DNA of 58,797 nt, from positions 1-58,797 of the forward strand of contig JAUMAF010000032.1 of the NCBI GenBank assembly GCA_032117045.1, given 5' to 3'. Position 1 is the stretch's first letter. Every line of letters starts with the position of its first letter. Shown piece by piece: positions 26,027 to 35,277 of the stretch. The DNA is from Pirellulales bacterium (GTDB taxonomy: Bacteria > Planctomycetota > Planctomycetia > Pirellulales > UBA1268). A model generated the notes under the pieces. It was given only the letters and a program-made list of their open reading frames with translations, was not told the DNA's origin and did not search any database. A program made the position numbers and the translations under genes.

Positions 26027-27327
26027 GCGTTTCCTTTCGGCTGGTCGCGAAGGTCGATGATGCGGCGGCCCTTCCCCTCGAACCGTGGCAGGCTGCCGAT
26101 GGGCACCACTTTCACGGTCACGCGGAGTCCGAGACGAATCTGGAGTTCGCGGGCCACACGGCCGGGATCATCGAGCCGGTCCTCGATGGCCAGGGACAGT
26201 TCATCGAGGCTCTCGCGAGTCGAGACCGTGAGCTGGTGCTCGACCACTTCGGGGAAGCCCCTCACGATCTCGTCGATCGCATGCGGAAACACGTTGACAC
26301 CGCGGACGACGAGCATGTCATCGGTGCGGCCGAGGATCCCTCCTGCGAGACGAGCCCAGGGGCTGGCACCCGCGGCCACGTCGGCATCGGTCGCCCAGGT
26401 GGGCCGCACCAGGTCGCCGGTGCGATAGCGGATCAGGGGGCCGCCAGCGCGGCCGAGCGTGGTCAGCACGAGTTCGGAGAGTTCCCCCGGCTCCGCCGGT
26501 CCTCCGCTCGCGAGCGAGAGAAACTCGGGATGAAACCATTCCTCGATCACGTCGATGCCGTCGCCGTGGAGATCACCGACGCCCCAGGGCCCCACCTCGG
26601 TGGCCCCGGCATGATCGAGCACGTCGGCATTCCAGGCCTCCGCGATCCGGCCCCTGGTGGTGCGGACCGATCCGCCCGGCTCGCCCGCCACGATCACGAG
26701 CCGAATGCCAAGCCGTCGCGTGTCAATCTTGTTGTCGGCGGCGACCTCGGCGAGGTGGAGGGCATAGCTCGGCGTGGCCAGCAGCACCGTCGCGGTCAGG
26801 CTGCGGATCAAGTCCAGCCGGGCGAGGCTCGTGAGGCCCCCGGTCGGAATCGCCATCGCCCCGCGGCCGAGCGCCGCCTCGAAGCCGCTCCAGAAGCCGA
26901 CATAGGGCCCGAACGACGAGGCCACGAGCATCCGATCGCCAGGCACCACGCCGCCCCGGTCGAGGATCGTCCTCCAGCAGTCCATCCACCACGCCCAGTC
27001 GTCCGCGGTGTCAAACACAGGCAGTGGCCGGCCGTGGGTGCCGCTGGTCTGGTGATACCGGACATAGCGGCCCGGCTCCCACGTGAGGTTCGCCGGCCTT
27101 CCGCTCGCCGCTGCGGCCTCGACGAGTTCATCCTTGTAGGTGAAGGGCCAGTCGGCGAGGTCGTCGAGCGAGGTGATCCGAGCCGCGTTCGGAAACCGCG
27201 CCAGTTTTGCTGCGTAGAAGGCGTTGTGCGGGAGGATCTCGCGCAGCAGGCTGCGGAGCCTGTCGAGCTTCAGCGACTCGACGGGCAGTCGCGCGGGAGG
27301 ATTCTCGGGGCGATGGGCTCTGGGCAT
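26023..27327 (-). CDS. Phenylacetate-CoA ligase / coenzyme F390 synthetase-like adenylate-forming enzyme
   Basis: The ATG at 27327 gives MPRAHRPENPPARLPVESLKLDRLRSLLREILPHNAFYAAKL. Motifs YHQTSGTHGRPL (AMP-binding P-loop variant), VIVAGEPG and LIRYRTGDLVR. The upstream 86 codons of the ORF track overlap the PEGA gene and are rejected. Confidence 0.8.
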   Translation of the reverse strand: MPRAHRPENPPARLPVESLKLDRLRSLLREILPHNAFYAAKLARFPNAARITSLDDLADWPFTYKDELVEAAAASGRPANLTWEPGRYVRYHQTSGTHGRPLPVFDTADDWAWWMDCWRTILDRGGVVPGDRMLVASSFGPYVGFWSGFEAALGRGAMAIPTGGLTSLARLDLIRSLTATVLLATPSYALHLAEVAADNKIDTRRLGIRLVIVAGEPGGSVRTTRGRIAEAWNADVLDHAGATEVGPWGVGDLHGDGIDVIEEWFHPEFLSLASGGPAEPGELSELVLTTLGRAGGPLIRYRTGDLVRPTWATDADVAAGASPWARLAGGILGRTDDMLVVRGVNVFPHAIDEIVRGFPEVVEHQLTVSTRESLDELSLAIEDRLDDPGRVARELQIRLGLRVTVKVVPIGSLPRFEGKGRRIIDLRDQPKGNA

Positions 27328-27334
27328 GCCGCGA

Positions 27335-28006
27335 TTATGGCATGCCCAGCGAGGGAATGCCCTGCGACGGCGCGTTCTGTCGCGGAGCCTGCAGCCCCTC
27401 CATCCCCTGCGACGGAGGAGGTAGCACGAGCGCGGGCTGGCCCAGGGGCGGGAGTGGCTGCGGGGAGAACGGCTGGCCCGGGGGCGGAGCCGGGGTCGGC
27501 TGTGGGATGGATGGCAGGGGCGGTGGCCCAGACGGTGGAGCCGCCGGCGGCAGGCTTCCCGCCGCCAGCCGCACCTGCTCGGCACGGGCCACGACGAGTT
27601 CCGGCGGCATCGACGACGCGGGCTGCATCGCCAGCTCGACGACGCGCTCGTCGCGGACCTCCCACGGGATCAGGTTCTCGGTGACGAAGTCGAGCGGAAA
27701 GATCTCGTACCAGGGTACCGGAAACGGCTGTCGCACGGTGAGCGTCTCGTAACCGTCTTTCACCAGCCGAATCTTCCGCGTGCCGTAGTAGACAAAGTCG
27801 TGCGACACGGGCGTGGTGCCGAGTTGGTAGTCGTCCACATAGACGAGCGCGCCGGGCGGGTTGCTGCGGATCGTCATGCGGCGTTGCACGCACCCTGTCG
27901 CGGCCATGGCGATGCCGACGACCAGGATGGTCATGGCGGCGAGGGTGACCGGTCCCGCACGCCTGTGGCAGCGGCCCGAACAACGGGTGGAAGAGGCACT
28001 TCGCAT
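27335..28006 (-). CDS. PEGA-domain lipoprotein with a proline-rich C-terminal tail
   Basis: Lipobox VVGIAMAATGC. PEGA-like IRSNPPGALVYVDDYQLGTTPV...GTRKIRLVKDGYETL. The tail is PPAAPPSGPPPLPSIPQPTPAPPPGQPFSPQPLPPLGQP. Alternative start at 27934 (MTILVV). Confidence 0.7.
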   Translation of the reverse strand: MRSASSTRCSGRCHRRAGPVTLAAMTILVVGIAMAATGCVQRRMTIRSNPPGALVYVDDYQLGTTPVSHDFVYYGTRKIRLVKDGYETLTVRQPFPVPWYEIFPLDFVTENLIPWEVRDERVVELAMQPASSMPPELVVARAEQVRLAAGSLPPAAPPSGPPPLPSIPQPTPAPPPGQPFSPQPLPPLGQPALVLPPPSQGMEGLQAPRQNAPSQGIPSLGMP

Positions 28007-28168
28007 GGGGGCGAACGATAGAAACCGGGCTCGGCCGCCGCCAGAGCAGCGGACTCGCCACCAGCTTGCCCACCCCCTCCAGGTCGCGATGCCGCGGCCG
28101 GCTGGCTAGACTTTGGAGTCTTCCCCTTTCGCCCCGCCTCCTTCCTGACCGCTCTACGGAGTCCGCGC

Positions 28169-29500
28169 GTGGGATCAGGCACCAGCCTCGACTACTGCGA
28201 ACTGACGGACATCGGGCGGCGGCGCGCGAACAATCAGGATTCAAAGGCGGTGCTCGCACCCTTGAGCGGCGAGCAGTTTCGCCGGCGGGGCTGGCTGTTC
28301 ATCGTCGCGGACGGGATGGGAGCGCATGCCGCCGGCGAGAAAGCCAGCGCCCTGGCCGTGGAACACGTGCCCCTGGCCTACGAGAAGCTGGCGGCCCGGT
28401 CGCCCCCGCTGGCGCTCAGGACCAGCATCGAGCATGCCAACTCGGAGATCCACGCCCGCGGCGAAAACGCCATCGATCTGATGGGCATGGGCACCACGTG
28501 CACGGCCCTGGCCCTCGTGCCGCGGGGCGCGGTGATCGGCCATGTTGGCGATAGCCGGGCCTACCGCATCCGCGGCGACAGGATCGAACAGTGGTCGGCG
28601 GATCACTCGCTGGCCTGGGAGTGGGAGGCAGGACGGCTCCCGGGCATGGGTGAGCCACAGAAGAACATCATCACGCGGTCGATGGGCCCGCATCCGCAGG
28701 TTGCCGTCGATCTCGAGGGCCCCTTCGCCGTCGAAGCAGGCGATGTGCTTCTCCTCTGCAGCGACGGGCTGTCAGGGCAGGTCGCCGATGAGGAGATCGG
28801 GCTGTTGGCGGGCAGGCTGCCCCCACGAGAGGCCGCCGAGGCGTTGCTGGGGCTGGCGCTTGTCCGCGGTGCTCCCGACAACGTGACCCTGATCGTCGCC
28901 CGCGTCGGCGAGAAGGAGGCGTCGAAGGTCGGTTCGGCGGATCAACCATGGCCGCTCTCCGAGGAAGCGCCTGCCACGGCCGACCCGCAGCCGGTGCCCT
29001 GGAAGCTGCTCGCCCTGGCGGCTGCCAGCCTGCTCGTCGCCCTGCTGTCCAATCCTTGGAGTAGCCTGATGCAGGCAGACGGGCCGATCGGCGGCATGCT
29101 CGGGCCGGCGCTCGCACCGGCGATGGCGTTTGTCCTGTCGGTCGCGATGGCCCTGCTCTTTATCGGCTCGCTGTTGGCCGCGGTGCTCGCCTGCTTCGTG
29201 TCGTCGGCCGGGGACGGTCGTGTCCTTGCGGTCGGCGCTCGACTGGGCGGCGGTCCCTACCGCAGGTATGACTGCGCGGCCTCTGAGCCGCTTCTCGAAG
29301 GCATCGTGGCCAGCGTTGAATCAGCGGCTGACGGCCTTTCCACGCAACACCGAGAGCAGCTGCTCGACGCAGTGGCGGCCGCCCGCCGCCCGATGGCGAA
29401 TCAGGATCTCCCGGCAGCGATTCCCGCCGCAGCGGCGGCGATCGCGATCTACCGCCGGATCGTCGACGCATCCCGCAACGACGACACCGCCCACGGCTGA
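28169..29500 (+). CDS. Membrane-anchored PP2C-family Ser/Thr protein phosphatase
   Basis: GTG 28169 follows GGAG. Motifs RRANNQDS, FIVADGMGAHAAGEKAS, VGDSRAY, LLLCSDGLSG, GAPDNVTLIV. The C-terminal half has 2-3 hydrophobic helices. Confidence 0.9.
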   Translation: MGSGTSLDYCELTDIGRRRANNQDSKAVLAPLSGEQFRRRGWLFIVADGMGAHAAGEKASALAVEHVPLAYEKLAARSPPLALRTSIEHANSEIHARGENAIDLMGMGTTCTALALVPRGAVIGHVGDSRAYRIRGDRIEQWSADHSLAWEWEAGRLPGMGEPQKNIITRSMGPHPQVAVDLEGPFAVEAGDVLLLCSDGLSGQVADEEIGLLAGRLPPREAAEALLGLALVRGAPDNVTLIVARVGEKEASKVGSADQPWPLSEEAPATADPQPVPWKLLALAAASLLVALLSNPWSSLMQADGPIGGMLGPALAPAMAFVLSVAMALLFIGSLLAAVLACFVSSAGDGRVLAVGARLGGGPYRRYDCAASEPLLEGIVASVESAADGLSTQHREQLLDAVAAARRPMANQDLPAAIPAAAAAIAIYRRIVDASRNDDTAHG

Positions 29501-30099
29501 CGCCGGCTTCTCGAGCGGGCGAGCGCGGCGATCCCGACGCCCGCGATGGCGAGGACGACGGACGGTTCGGCGGAGTGGCCGCGGCGAACTCCCGAGAAAC
29601 AGCGGGCACGACACAAATGGGCCTCCCGCCCACTGCCGCGCAAGCGCGCAGCCCGTTTACAGCGCTGCCCGACAGGAGGGCAGGCCTCGCCCATGCAGGG
29701 TATGCCGCTCAAAGTAGGATTTTTGAAACAGATCAGGTTCGTCAGCACCTTCGCGACGAATCCTGACAATTTTTTCAGGGCAGCCCGGCGCCGTGGCACG
29801 CCATTCGCTTTCTTCTCGTGTGAGTGGTCGTTCCACTTGCTCGTCGCTCGTCAAAAACGAGCGGCAGCCTCACGAAAGGCTCACAGACGAAGTGCATCGT
29901 ATCGACGCCGTGGAGAGCCTGACGGACCGCGGCGAGCGAGTGACGGGCCCGCGTGGATGAAGCGGGCAGGGTTCGATTCCGCGGCTGCGACGCCGCAGTC
30001 GAACCACAAGACGCAAGACCCGCCGATGCCTGCCGCCGGATTGGCGGGCATCCGCACGAGGCGAGGTGCCACATGGTCGTTGACTGCGGACCGTTCGGG

Positions 30100-31875
30100 A
30101 TGAATGCGTGGAAAACGAAGCGCATGAGGGCAATCCACATTCGTTTGCTTCTTCTAGCGTTCTGCTCCGTGTTCGCCGGCGCGCATGCTTCTCGGGGCGC
30201 CACGTGGTCGTATGACTTCGGCACGACAACCGGGACGTGGACCAGCGGCACGTCGAGTTCGTTTCTGCCGTCTCCTCCAAGCGGTACAAGCTACGTCCGC
30301 GTCGGGACCGGCGGTGGCAGCGTCGCGTTGGTGAACCCGGGCAGCGCATCGCTCGGAACGGGCTCCGAGTTCGTGCTGACCGCGCCGACGGCGACTTCCA
30401 TCAACAAGTTTTCCGTCTTCGATTATGCCGGGGCGAATGTCTACTCGCTCTCCTTCTCCACGATCATCTCCGGCAACTCCGGCGTCTTTTCGTTTTTTAC
30501 AGGAAATGGCGCGTCGTTCAGTAACGCGAATGCTTTCGCGGGTTCCGAGTCTGCAGCGAGCCTTCGATTTGGGCTCGGAGCGTCCACCATCAGTGGTTCC
30601 TACCGCAGCGTGTCGACGTGGACGGCATTGTCCTCGCTACCTCTATCGAAAGACTCGGTGATGGATTTTGCGATCTATGGAAACAACGACGCATCGTCCA
30701 CGTCCTATTACCGCGGCGGCACCACCTACTCACTTCCTGCTGGCACATGGGATCTCTGGCTTGGGAACACTCTCTCCGGCACCAACCTCAACAAGGCCCA
30801 ACTCGCCACGGGCCCCGTCGATTCGTTCATGATCTACGGCGAATCATCGACCGGTAACGTGGGGACGGTGCAGCTCGACAATATTGTGTACGGCAACGAA
30901 CTGCCCGCGGCCCCGCCCGCAGGCAACTACTGGGCCCCGGCATCGGGGGGCGGCGGCTCGGGCACGTGGTCGCCGACCGGCGTGGTGTGGGCTACGACAT
31001 CCGGCACGATCGGCAGCGGCACGCAAGCGGCCTCGGGCGCGATCGTGTTTGGCGACAACGCGGGCACCGTCACCGTGTCGGGCTCCGTCGCGGCGCCGGC
31101 GGGACTGACGATCTCAACCGACGGCTACCAGTTCACGAGCGGGACGATCGCCCTCACCGGAGCCAGCGCCGCCGCGAACACGATCACGGTCGACCCGGGC
31201 GTCACCGGCACGTTCACCTCGATCCTGGCCGGATCCACAGGCATGACGAAAGCCGGAACCGGCAGCCTCTCGCTCGGCGGAGCGACCACGATCTCCGGCG
31301 GCATCACCGTGGCGGCCGGCAGGCTCAAGGTCGACGGCGTAATCGGGTCTGGGCCGCTCTCGGTCGCCGCGGCCGCCTGGCTGATGGGCACCGGCACCGT
31401 CAATGGCCCCGTCACCGTCAGCGGCACCTTCTCTCCCGGCTCGAGCCCCGGCGTGATCACGCTCGGCTCGCTCACGCTGACCAGCACAAGCACGACGTTG
31501 ATCGAGGTCACCGGCAATGCCCGCGGCACTGACTACGACGGCATCGATATCGCCACCGCAAGCGGCCTGACCTACGGCGGCATCCTCTCGCTCCAGTTCG
31601 GCGGCTCAGCGCTGCCGGAGGGCACCTACGACATCTTCAACTTCGCCGGCACGAGCAGCGGCTCGTTCGCCAGCCTGGACTCGACGGGCTTCTACGCCGG
31701 CACCTGGACCGACAACGCCAACGGCTCCTACACGCTCGTCAAGGATGCCCAGACGCTGACCTTCACTCAGTCGACTGGTGACATCATCATCGTGCCGGAG
31801 CCCTCGACGCTGGCCCTGGCCGCCGCCGGAGTGACGGTTGCGGGCATGGTCGCCCGTCGCCGAAAAGCTGGGTAG
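30100..31875 (+). CDS. PEP-CTERM-anchored surface protein with autotransporter-associated beta-strand repeats
   Basis: Signal peptide MRAIHIRLLLLAFCSVFAGAHA (alternative start 30124). Contains GTGSLSLGGATTISGGITVAAGRLKVDG. The C-terminus is IIVPEPSTLALAAAGVTVAGMVARRRKAG (PEP motif + TM helix + basic tail). Confidence 0.85.
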   Translation: MNAWKTKRMRAIHIRLLLLAFCSVFAGAHASRGATWSYDFGTTTGTWTSGTSSSFLPSPPSGTSYVRVGTGGGSVALVNPGSASLGTGSEFVLTAPTATSINKFSVFDYAGANVYSLSFSTIISGNSGVFSFFTGNGASFSNANAFAGSESAASLRFGLGASTISGSYRSVSTWTALSSLPLSKDSVMDFAIYGNNDASSTSYYRGGTTYSLPAGTWDLWLGNTLSGTNLNKAQLATGPVDSFMIYGESSTGNVGTVQLDNIVYGNELPAAPPAGNYWAPASGGGGSGTWSPTGVVWATTSGTIGSGTQAASGAIVFGDNAGTVTVSGSVAAPAGLTISTDGYQFTSGTIALTGASAAANTITVDPGVTGTFTSILAGSTGMTKAGTGSLSLGGATTISGGITVAAGRLKVDGVIGSGPLSVAAAAWLMGTGTVNGPVTVSGTFSPGSSPGVITLGSLTLTSTSTTLIEVTGNARGTDYDGIDIATASGLTYGGILSLQFGGSALPEGTYDIFNFAGTSSGSFASLDSTGFYAGTWTDNANGSYTLVKDAQTLTFTQSTGDIIIVPEPSTLALAAAGVTVAGMVARRRKAG

Positions 31876-31885
31876 CCCAGGCTGA

Positions 31886-31911
31886 GTCTGCCGCCTGAGC
31901 AGGCGACGGAC
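31886..31911 (+). terminator. Stem-loop 11 nt after the PEP-CTERM gene stop (no U-tract)
   Basis: gtctgccgcct-gagc-aggcgacggac forms an 11-bp stem with one mismatch and one G-U pair. No T-run follows, so it may be a stabiliser or a factor-dependent site. Confidence 0.3.
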
Positions 31912-32011
31912 TCCACGCGACACGCCCCTCCACCGAGAGTTGCGATCAAGCCCGCCTGCCGCGGCCGTCGATCGCCTCCTCTGGGATCAGCAACCCGCGG
32001 GGGCGGAACCG

Positions 32012-32878
32012 ATGGCGAGCACGACGGCTTTGCAGCACCACGGGATCGATGCCCAGGCAACCGCGCGGCCGCGGCCAGCGATGTTTCGGGCGCTCGGCCA
32101 CGCCGAACCCCCGGAGGCGATCGACCTCGCCGGCGAGACCTTCCGCCGCGTCGAGATTCTCAAGCACGATTCCTGGGCCGCGACGGCCGTCTATCGTTCG
32201 GCCACCCGTATGGCGAAGTGCAAGTTCAATCGCACGCAGGCCGTCGCCGTGGTGCCGATGGCCTGGCTCGGCCGGTACCTCGCCGCGCGGGAACGCTGGT
32301 TCATGGACCGGCTGGCCGGCATCGAGGGCATCCCCGTTTCGCTCGGCGAGATGCGGATCGATGGCCACCCTCTGCCCAACGCCATCGCCCACGAGTGGAT
32401 CGAAGGCCACGCGCTGGCCGAGAAGGAGCGGGTGGACGACTGGTTTTTCCCGCAACTCGCCGACATCCTTGCCGAGGCGCATCGTCGCGGCGTGGCTCAC
32501 GTCGACCTTCACAAGCGGGAAAATATCCTCGTCGACGAGCAGGGGCGGCCCTATCTCATCGACTACCAAATCTCGTTCGGGCTGCCGTCCGGCAGGCTGG
32601 CCGCCTTCCTGCTTGGCGGCGTGCTCCGCCTCCTGCAGCGATGCGACGACTACCACCTGCTCAAGCATCGCGTGAAACACCGGCCCGACCAGGTCGGCCT
32701 GAGCCTCGCCGACATTCAGCGAATGCGGCCCTGGTGGATCAGGGCTCACCGCTGCGTGGCCATTCCCTTCCGAACCGTCCGCCGCCGGCTTTTGACGGGC
32801 CTCGGCATCCGCTCGAAAAGCGGCCATGCCTTCAGTGAGGCGTTCCCCGAAGTCGCCCACCGCCGCGCGGCCGCGTGA
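32012..32878 (+). CDS. Kdo/WaaP-like (RIO-like) lipopolysaccharide kinase family protein
   Basis: Catalytic loop RRGVAHVDLHKRENILVDEQGRPYLIDYQ (HxDLHxxN and a D-x-Q equivalent of DFG). Lies immediately upstream of an LptF/G permease gene. Confidence 0.7.
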   Translation: MASTTALQHHGIDAQATARPRPAMFRALGHAEPPEAIDLAGETFRRVEILKHDSWAATAVYRSATRMAKCKFNRTQAVAVVPMAWLGRYLAARERWFMDRLAGIEGIPVSLGEMRIDGHPLPNAIAHEWIEGHALAEKERVDDWFFPQLADILAEAHRRGVAHVDLHKRENILVDEQGRPYLIDYQISFGLPSGRLAAFLLGGVLRLLQRCDDYHLLKHRVKHRPDQVGLSLADIQRMRPWWIRAHRCVAIPFRTVRRRLLTGLGIRSKSGHAFSEAFPEVAHRRAAA

Positions 32879-32948
32879 CCCAGGCCCCCTGTGGCGGCCG
32901 AAATCGGCCTGCCGCCGACCGGGCCACCGCCGCTACACTCCCGCGGCC

Positions 32949-34133
32949 ATGAAGATCATCTCGCGATATGTGCTCTGGGAACTGCTCCAGGTGTTCCTGG
33001 TGGCCCTGACGGCGCTCACCATCTTCATGCTCGTCGTGGGCCTGGTGCGGGAGGCCCAGCAGCAGGGCCTCGGCCTCGTGCAGATCCTGCTGTTGATCCC
33101 GTATGTGCTTCCGGAGGCAATGCGGTTCGCGGTTCCGGGCACGATGCTGTTTGCGGTCGCCAGCGTCTTCGGCCGCATGTCGGCCTCCAACGAGATCATC
33201 GCGCTCAAGGCGGCGGGAATCTCACCGATGGCGACGATCTGGCCCGCTGCCGCCCTGGCGCTCATCGTGAGCTTCGTGTCCGTGTGGCTCAACGACGTCG
33301 CCGTGTCGTGGGGCCGCGATGGCGTCCGCCGCGTCGTGGTCAGCAGCGTCGAACAGATTATCTACGGACGACTTCGGCAGCAGCGGTCCTACAGCACGCC
33401 GCAGGTCTCGATCAACGTGAAGGCCGTCGACGGGAAGCGGCTCCTCCGCCCCACCCTCTCCTTCCAGTCCGGCCCCAATGGTCAGCCCGCCACCATCTCC
33501 GCGGCCGAGGCCGAACTCGCCGCCAACGCCGCCAACGGCACGCTCGTGGTCACCTTCCGCGACGGCACACTGCACATGGGCGACTACACGGCCTCGTTTC
33601 CCGACAGCATCGTCCGCGAAGTGCCTCTCGACGCCGTGAGCCGCAAGAGCGCCGTATCGACGAGTCCCTCGGAAATCGCCATGGCGCAGTTCGCCACGGC
33701 CCGCGTGGAGCAGACTGGCCGAATCGACCGGATCGAACAGCTCGCCGCCGGCAAGACCGCGATGAGCATCCTCACGGGTCGCATGGAAATGACCACCCCA
33801 CGGCAGGTGGCCCACGAGCAGGAACTGCTGCGAGCCGAACAGAGCCGGCTCAATCGAATCATCATGGAGCCGTGGCGGCGCTGGGCCAACGGCTTCAGCT
33901 GTCTGTGCTTCGTGCTGGTGGGCGCCCCGATGGCGATCAGGATGCGCAACGCCGACTTCCTCACCAGTTTCTTCCTCTGCTTCCTGCCGATCCTGATCGT
34001 CTACTATCCGATCTTCATGCTGGGCGTCGATCAGGCGAAGCGCGGAGCCGTCCCGCCCGTGGCGGTGTGGATGGGCAACCTTCTGATCACGCTCTGGGGC
34101 TGGTGGCTCCTGAGGCAGGTCGTGCGGCAGTAG
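32949..34133 (+). CDS. LptF/LptG-family (YjgP/YjgQ) LPS export permease
   Basis: [36 protein letters not shown] is the family-typical N-terminus. Three TM helices, a large periplasmic loop, then three TM helices. Confidence 0.8.
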   Translation: MKIISRYVLWELLQVFLVALTALTIFMLVVGLVREAQQQGLGLVQILLLIPYVLPEAMRFAVPGTMLFAVASVFGRMSASNEIIALKAAGISPMATIWPAAALALIVSFVSVWLNDVAVSWGRDGVRRVVVSSVEQIIYGRLRQQRSYSTPQVSINVKAVDGKRLLRPTLSFQSGPNGQPATISAAEAELAANAANGTLVVTFRDGTLHMGDYTASFPDSIVREVPLDAVSRKSAVSTSPSEIAMAQFATARVEQTGRIDRIEQLAAGKTAMSILTGRMEMTTPRQVAHEQELLRAEQSRLNRIIMEPWRRWANGFSCLCFVLVGAPMAIRMRNADFLTSFFLCFLPILIVYYPIFMLGVDQAKRGAVPPVAVWMGNLLITLWGWWLLRQVVRQ

Positions 34134-34252
34134 CCCGGCGGCGCATGCCGCCCCCGGCGATTCCGCGGCTGTTGCTCGCTCGGGCGAATCTGGCACAATC
34201 GCAGACGTCGTCCCGGGATCGTTTCACGCCTTCGCCACGGAGCCCTCGTCGC

Positions 34253-35251
34253 ATGCCCCGTCCCGTCACGCTCTTCACCGGCCAGTGGGCCGATCTGCCC
34301 CTTGAAAACCTGGCCCGCAAGGCCCGTGAGTTTGGCTACCAGGGCCTCGAACTCGCCTGCTGGGGCGACCACTTCGACGTCACCAGGGCGGTCGAGGAGA
34401 GCGGCTACTGCGCCGCCAAGCGCGACACGCTGGAGCGTCACGATCTCTCGGTCTATGCGATCTCCAACCATCTCGTCGGCCAGGCCGTCTGCGACCGGAT
34501 CGACGAACGGCACAAGTCGATTCTCCCGCCGCATGTCTGGGGCGATGGCGACCCAGCGGGCGTCAACAAGCGGGCGGCAGAGGAGATGAAGCGCACGGCC
34601 CGGGCCGCCCAGAAGCTCGGCGTGTCGGTCGTCAATGGCTTCACGGGATCCTCGATCTGGCACCTTCTCTACTCGTTTCCGCCGGTCACCGACGCGATGA
34701 TCGACGCGGGCTTCGCCGAGTTTGCCGACCGGTGGCACCCGATTCTCGACGTGTTCGCCGAGTGCGGCGTACGGTTCGCCCTGGAGGTGCATCCCACGGA
34801 GATCGCCTTCGACATCTTCACCGCCCAACGGGCCCTCGAGGCCCTCGGCCGTCGTGAGGAGTTTGGCTTCAACTTCGACCCCAGCCATCTGCACTGGCAG
34901 GGGGTGAACTCCGTGGAGTTCATCCGCTCGTTCCACGACCGCATCTATCACGTCCACGTCAAGGATGCGATCGTCACGCTCAACGGCCGCACCGGCATCC
35001 TCGGTAGCCACATCAACTTCGGCGATCCCCGCCGCGGCTGGGATTTCCGTTCGCCGGGCCGTGGCGGTGTCGACTTCGAGGAGATCATCCGCGCGCTCAA
35101 TCAGGCCAACTACGAGGGCCCGCTGTCGGTCGAGTGGGAGGATTGCGGGATGGACCGCGAGCATGGCGCCGCCGAAGCGGCGCGATTCGTGAAGAACCTC
35201 GATTTCTCACCGAGCAATCGGCAGTTCGACTCGGCCTTCGCGGAGTCTTGA
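34253..35251 (+). CDS. Sugar phosphate isomerase/epimerase (xylose isomerase-like TIM barrel)
   Basis: The ATG at 34253 is in frame with ORF 32891..35251. Motifs [46 protein letters not shown]. Confidence 0.8.
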   Translation: MPRPVTLFTGQWADLPLENLARKAREFGYQGLELACWGDHFDVTRAVEESGYCAAKRDTLERHDLSVYAISNHLVGQAVCDRIDERHKSILPPHVWGDGDPAGVNKRAAEEMKRTARAAQKLGVSVVNGFTGSSIWHLLYSFPPVTDAMIDAGFAEFADRWHPILDVFAECGVRFALEVHPTEIAFDIFTAQRALEALGRREEFGFNFDPSHLHWQGVNSVEFIRSFHDRIYHVHVKDAIVTLNGRTGILGSHINFGDPRRGWDFRSPGRGGVDFEEIIRALNQANYEGPLSVEWEDCGMDREHGAAEAARFVKNLDFSPSNRQFDSAFAES

Positions 35252-35277
35252 GCGGCGGCGTGCGGCAGGAGGCCGTG

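Noticed and set aside
29657-29854. 65-aa minus-strand ORF (TTG start) in the low-GC island upstream of the PEP-CTERM gene.
   Set aside because: The TTG start sits in a hairpin loop and there is no RBS. GC3 is far below that of genuine genes here, and no motif was recognised. It remains an untested possibility, for instance as a horizontally acquired small gene.
29961-30005. tRNA/tmRNA-like GGTTCGATTCC T-loop motif, a possible tRNA gene or integration-site remnant.
   Set aside because: The flanking 5-nt T-stem does not pair (caggg vs ccgcg gives 3 of 5). No acceptor stem or CCA context exists. The GGTTCGA instead pairs with TCGAACC 23 nt downstream, so it is an ordinary inverted repeat.
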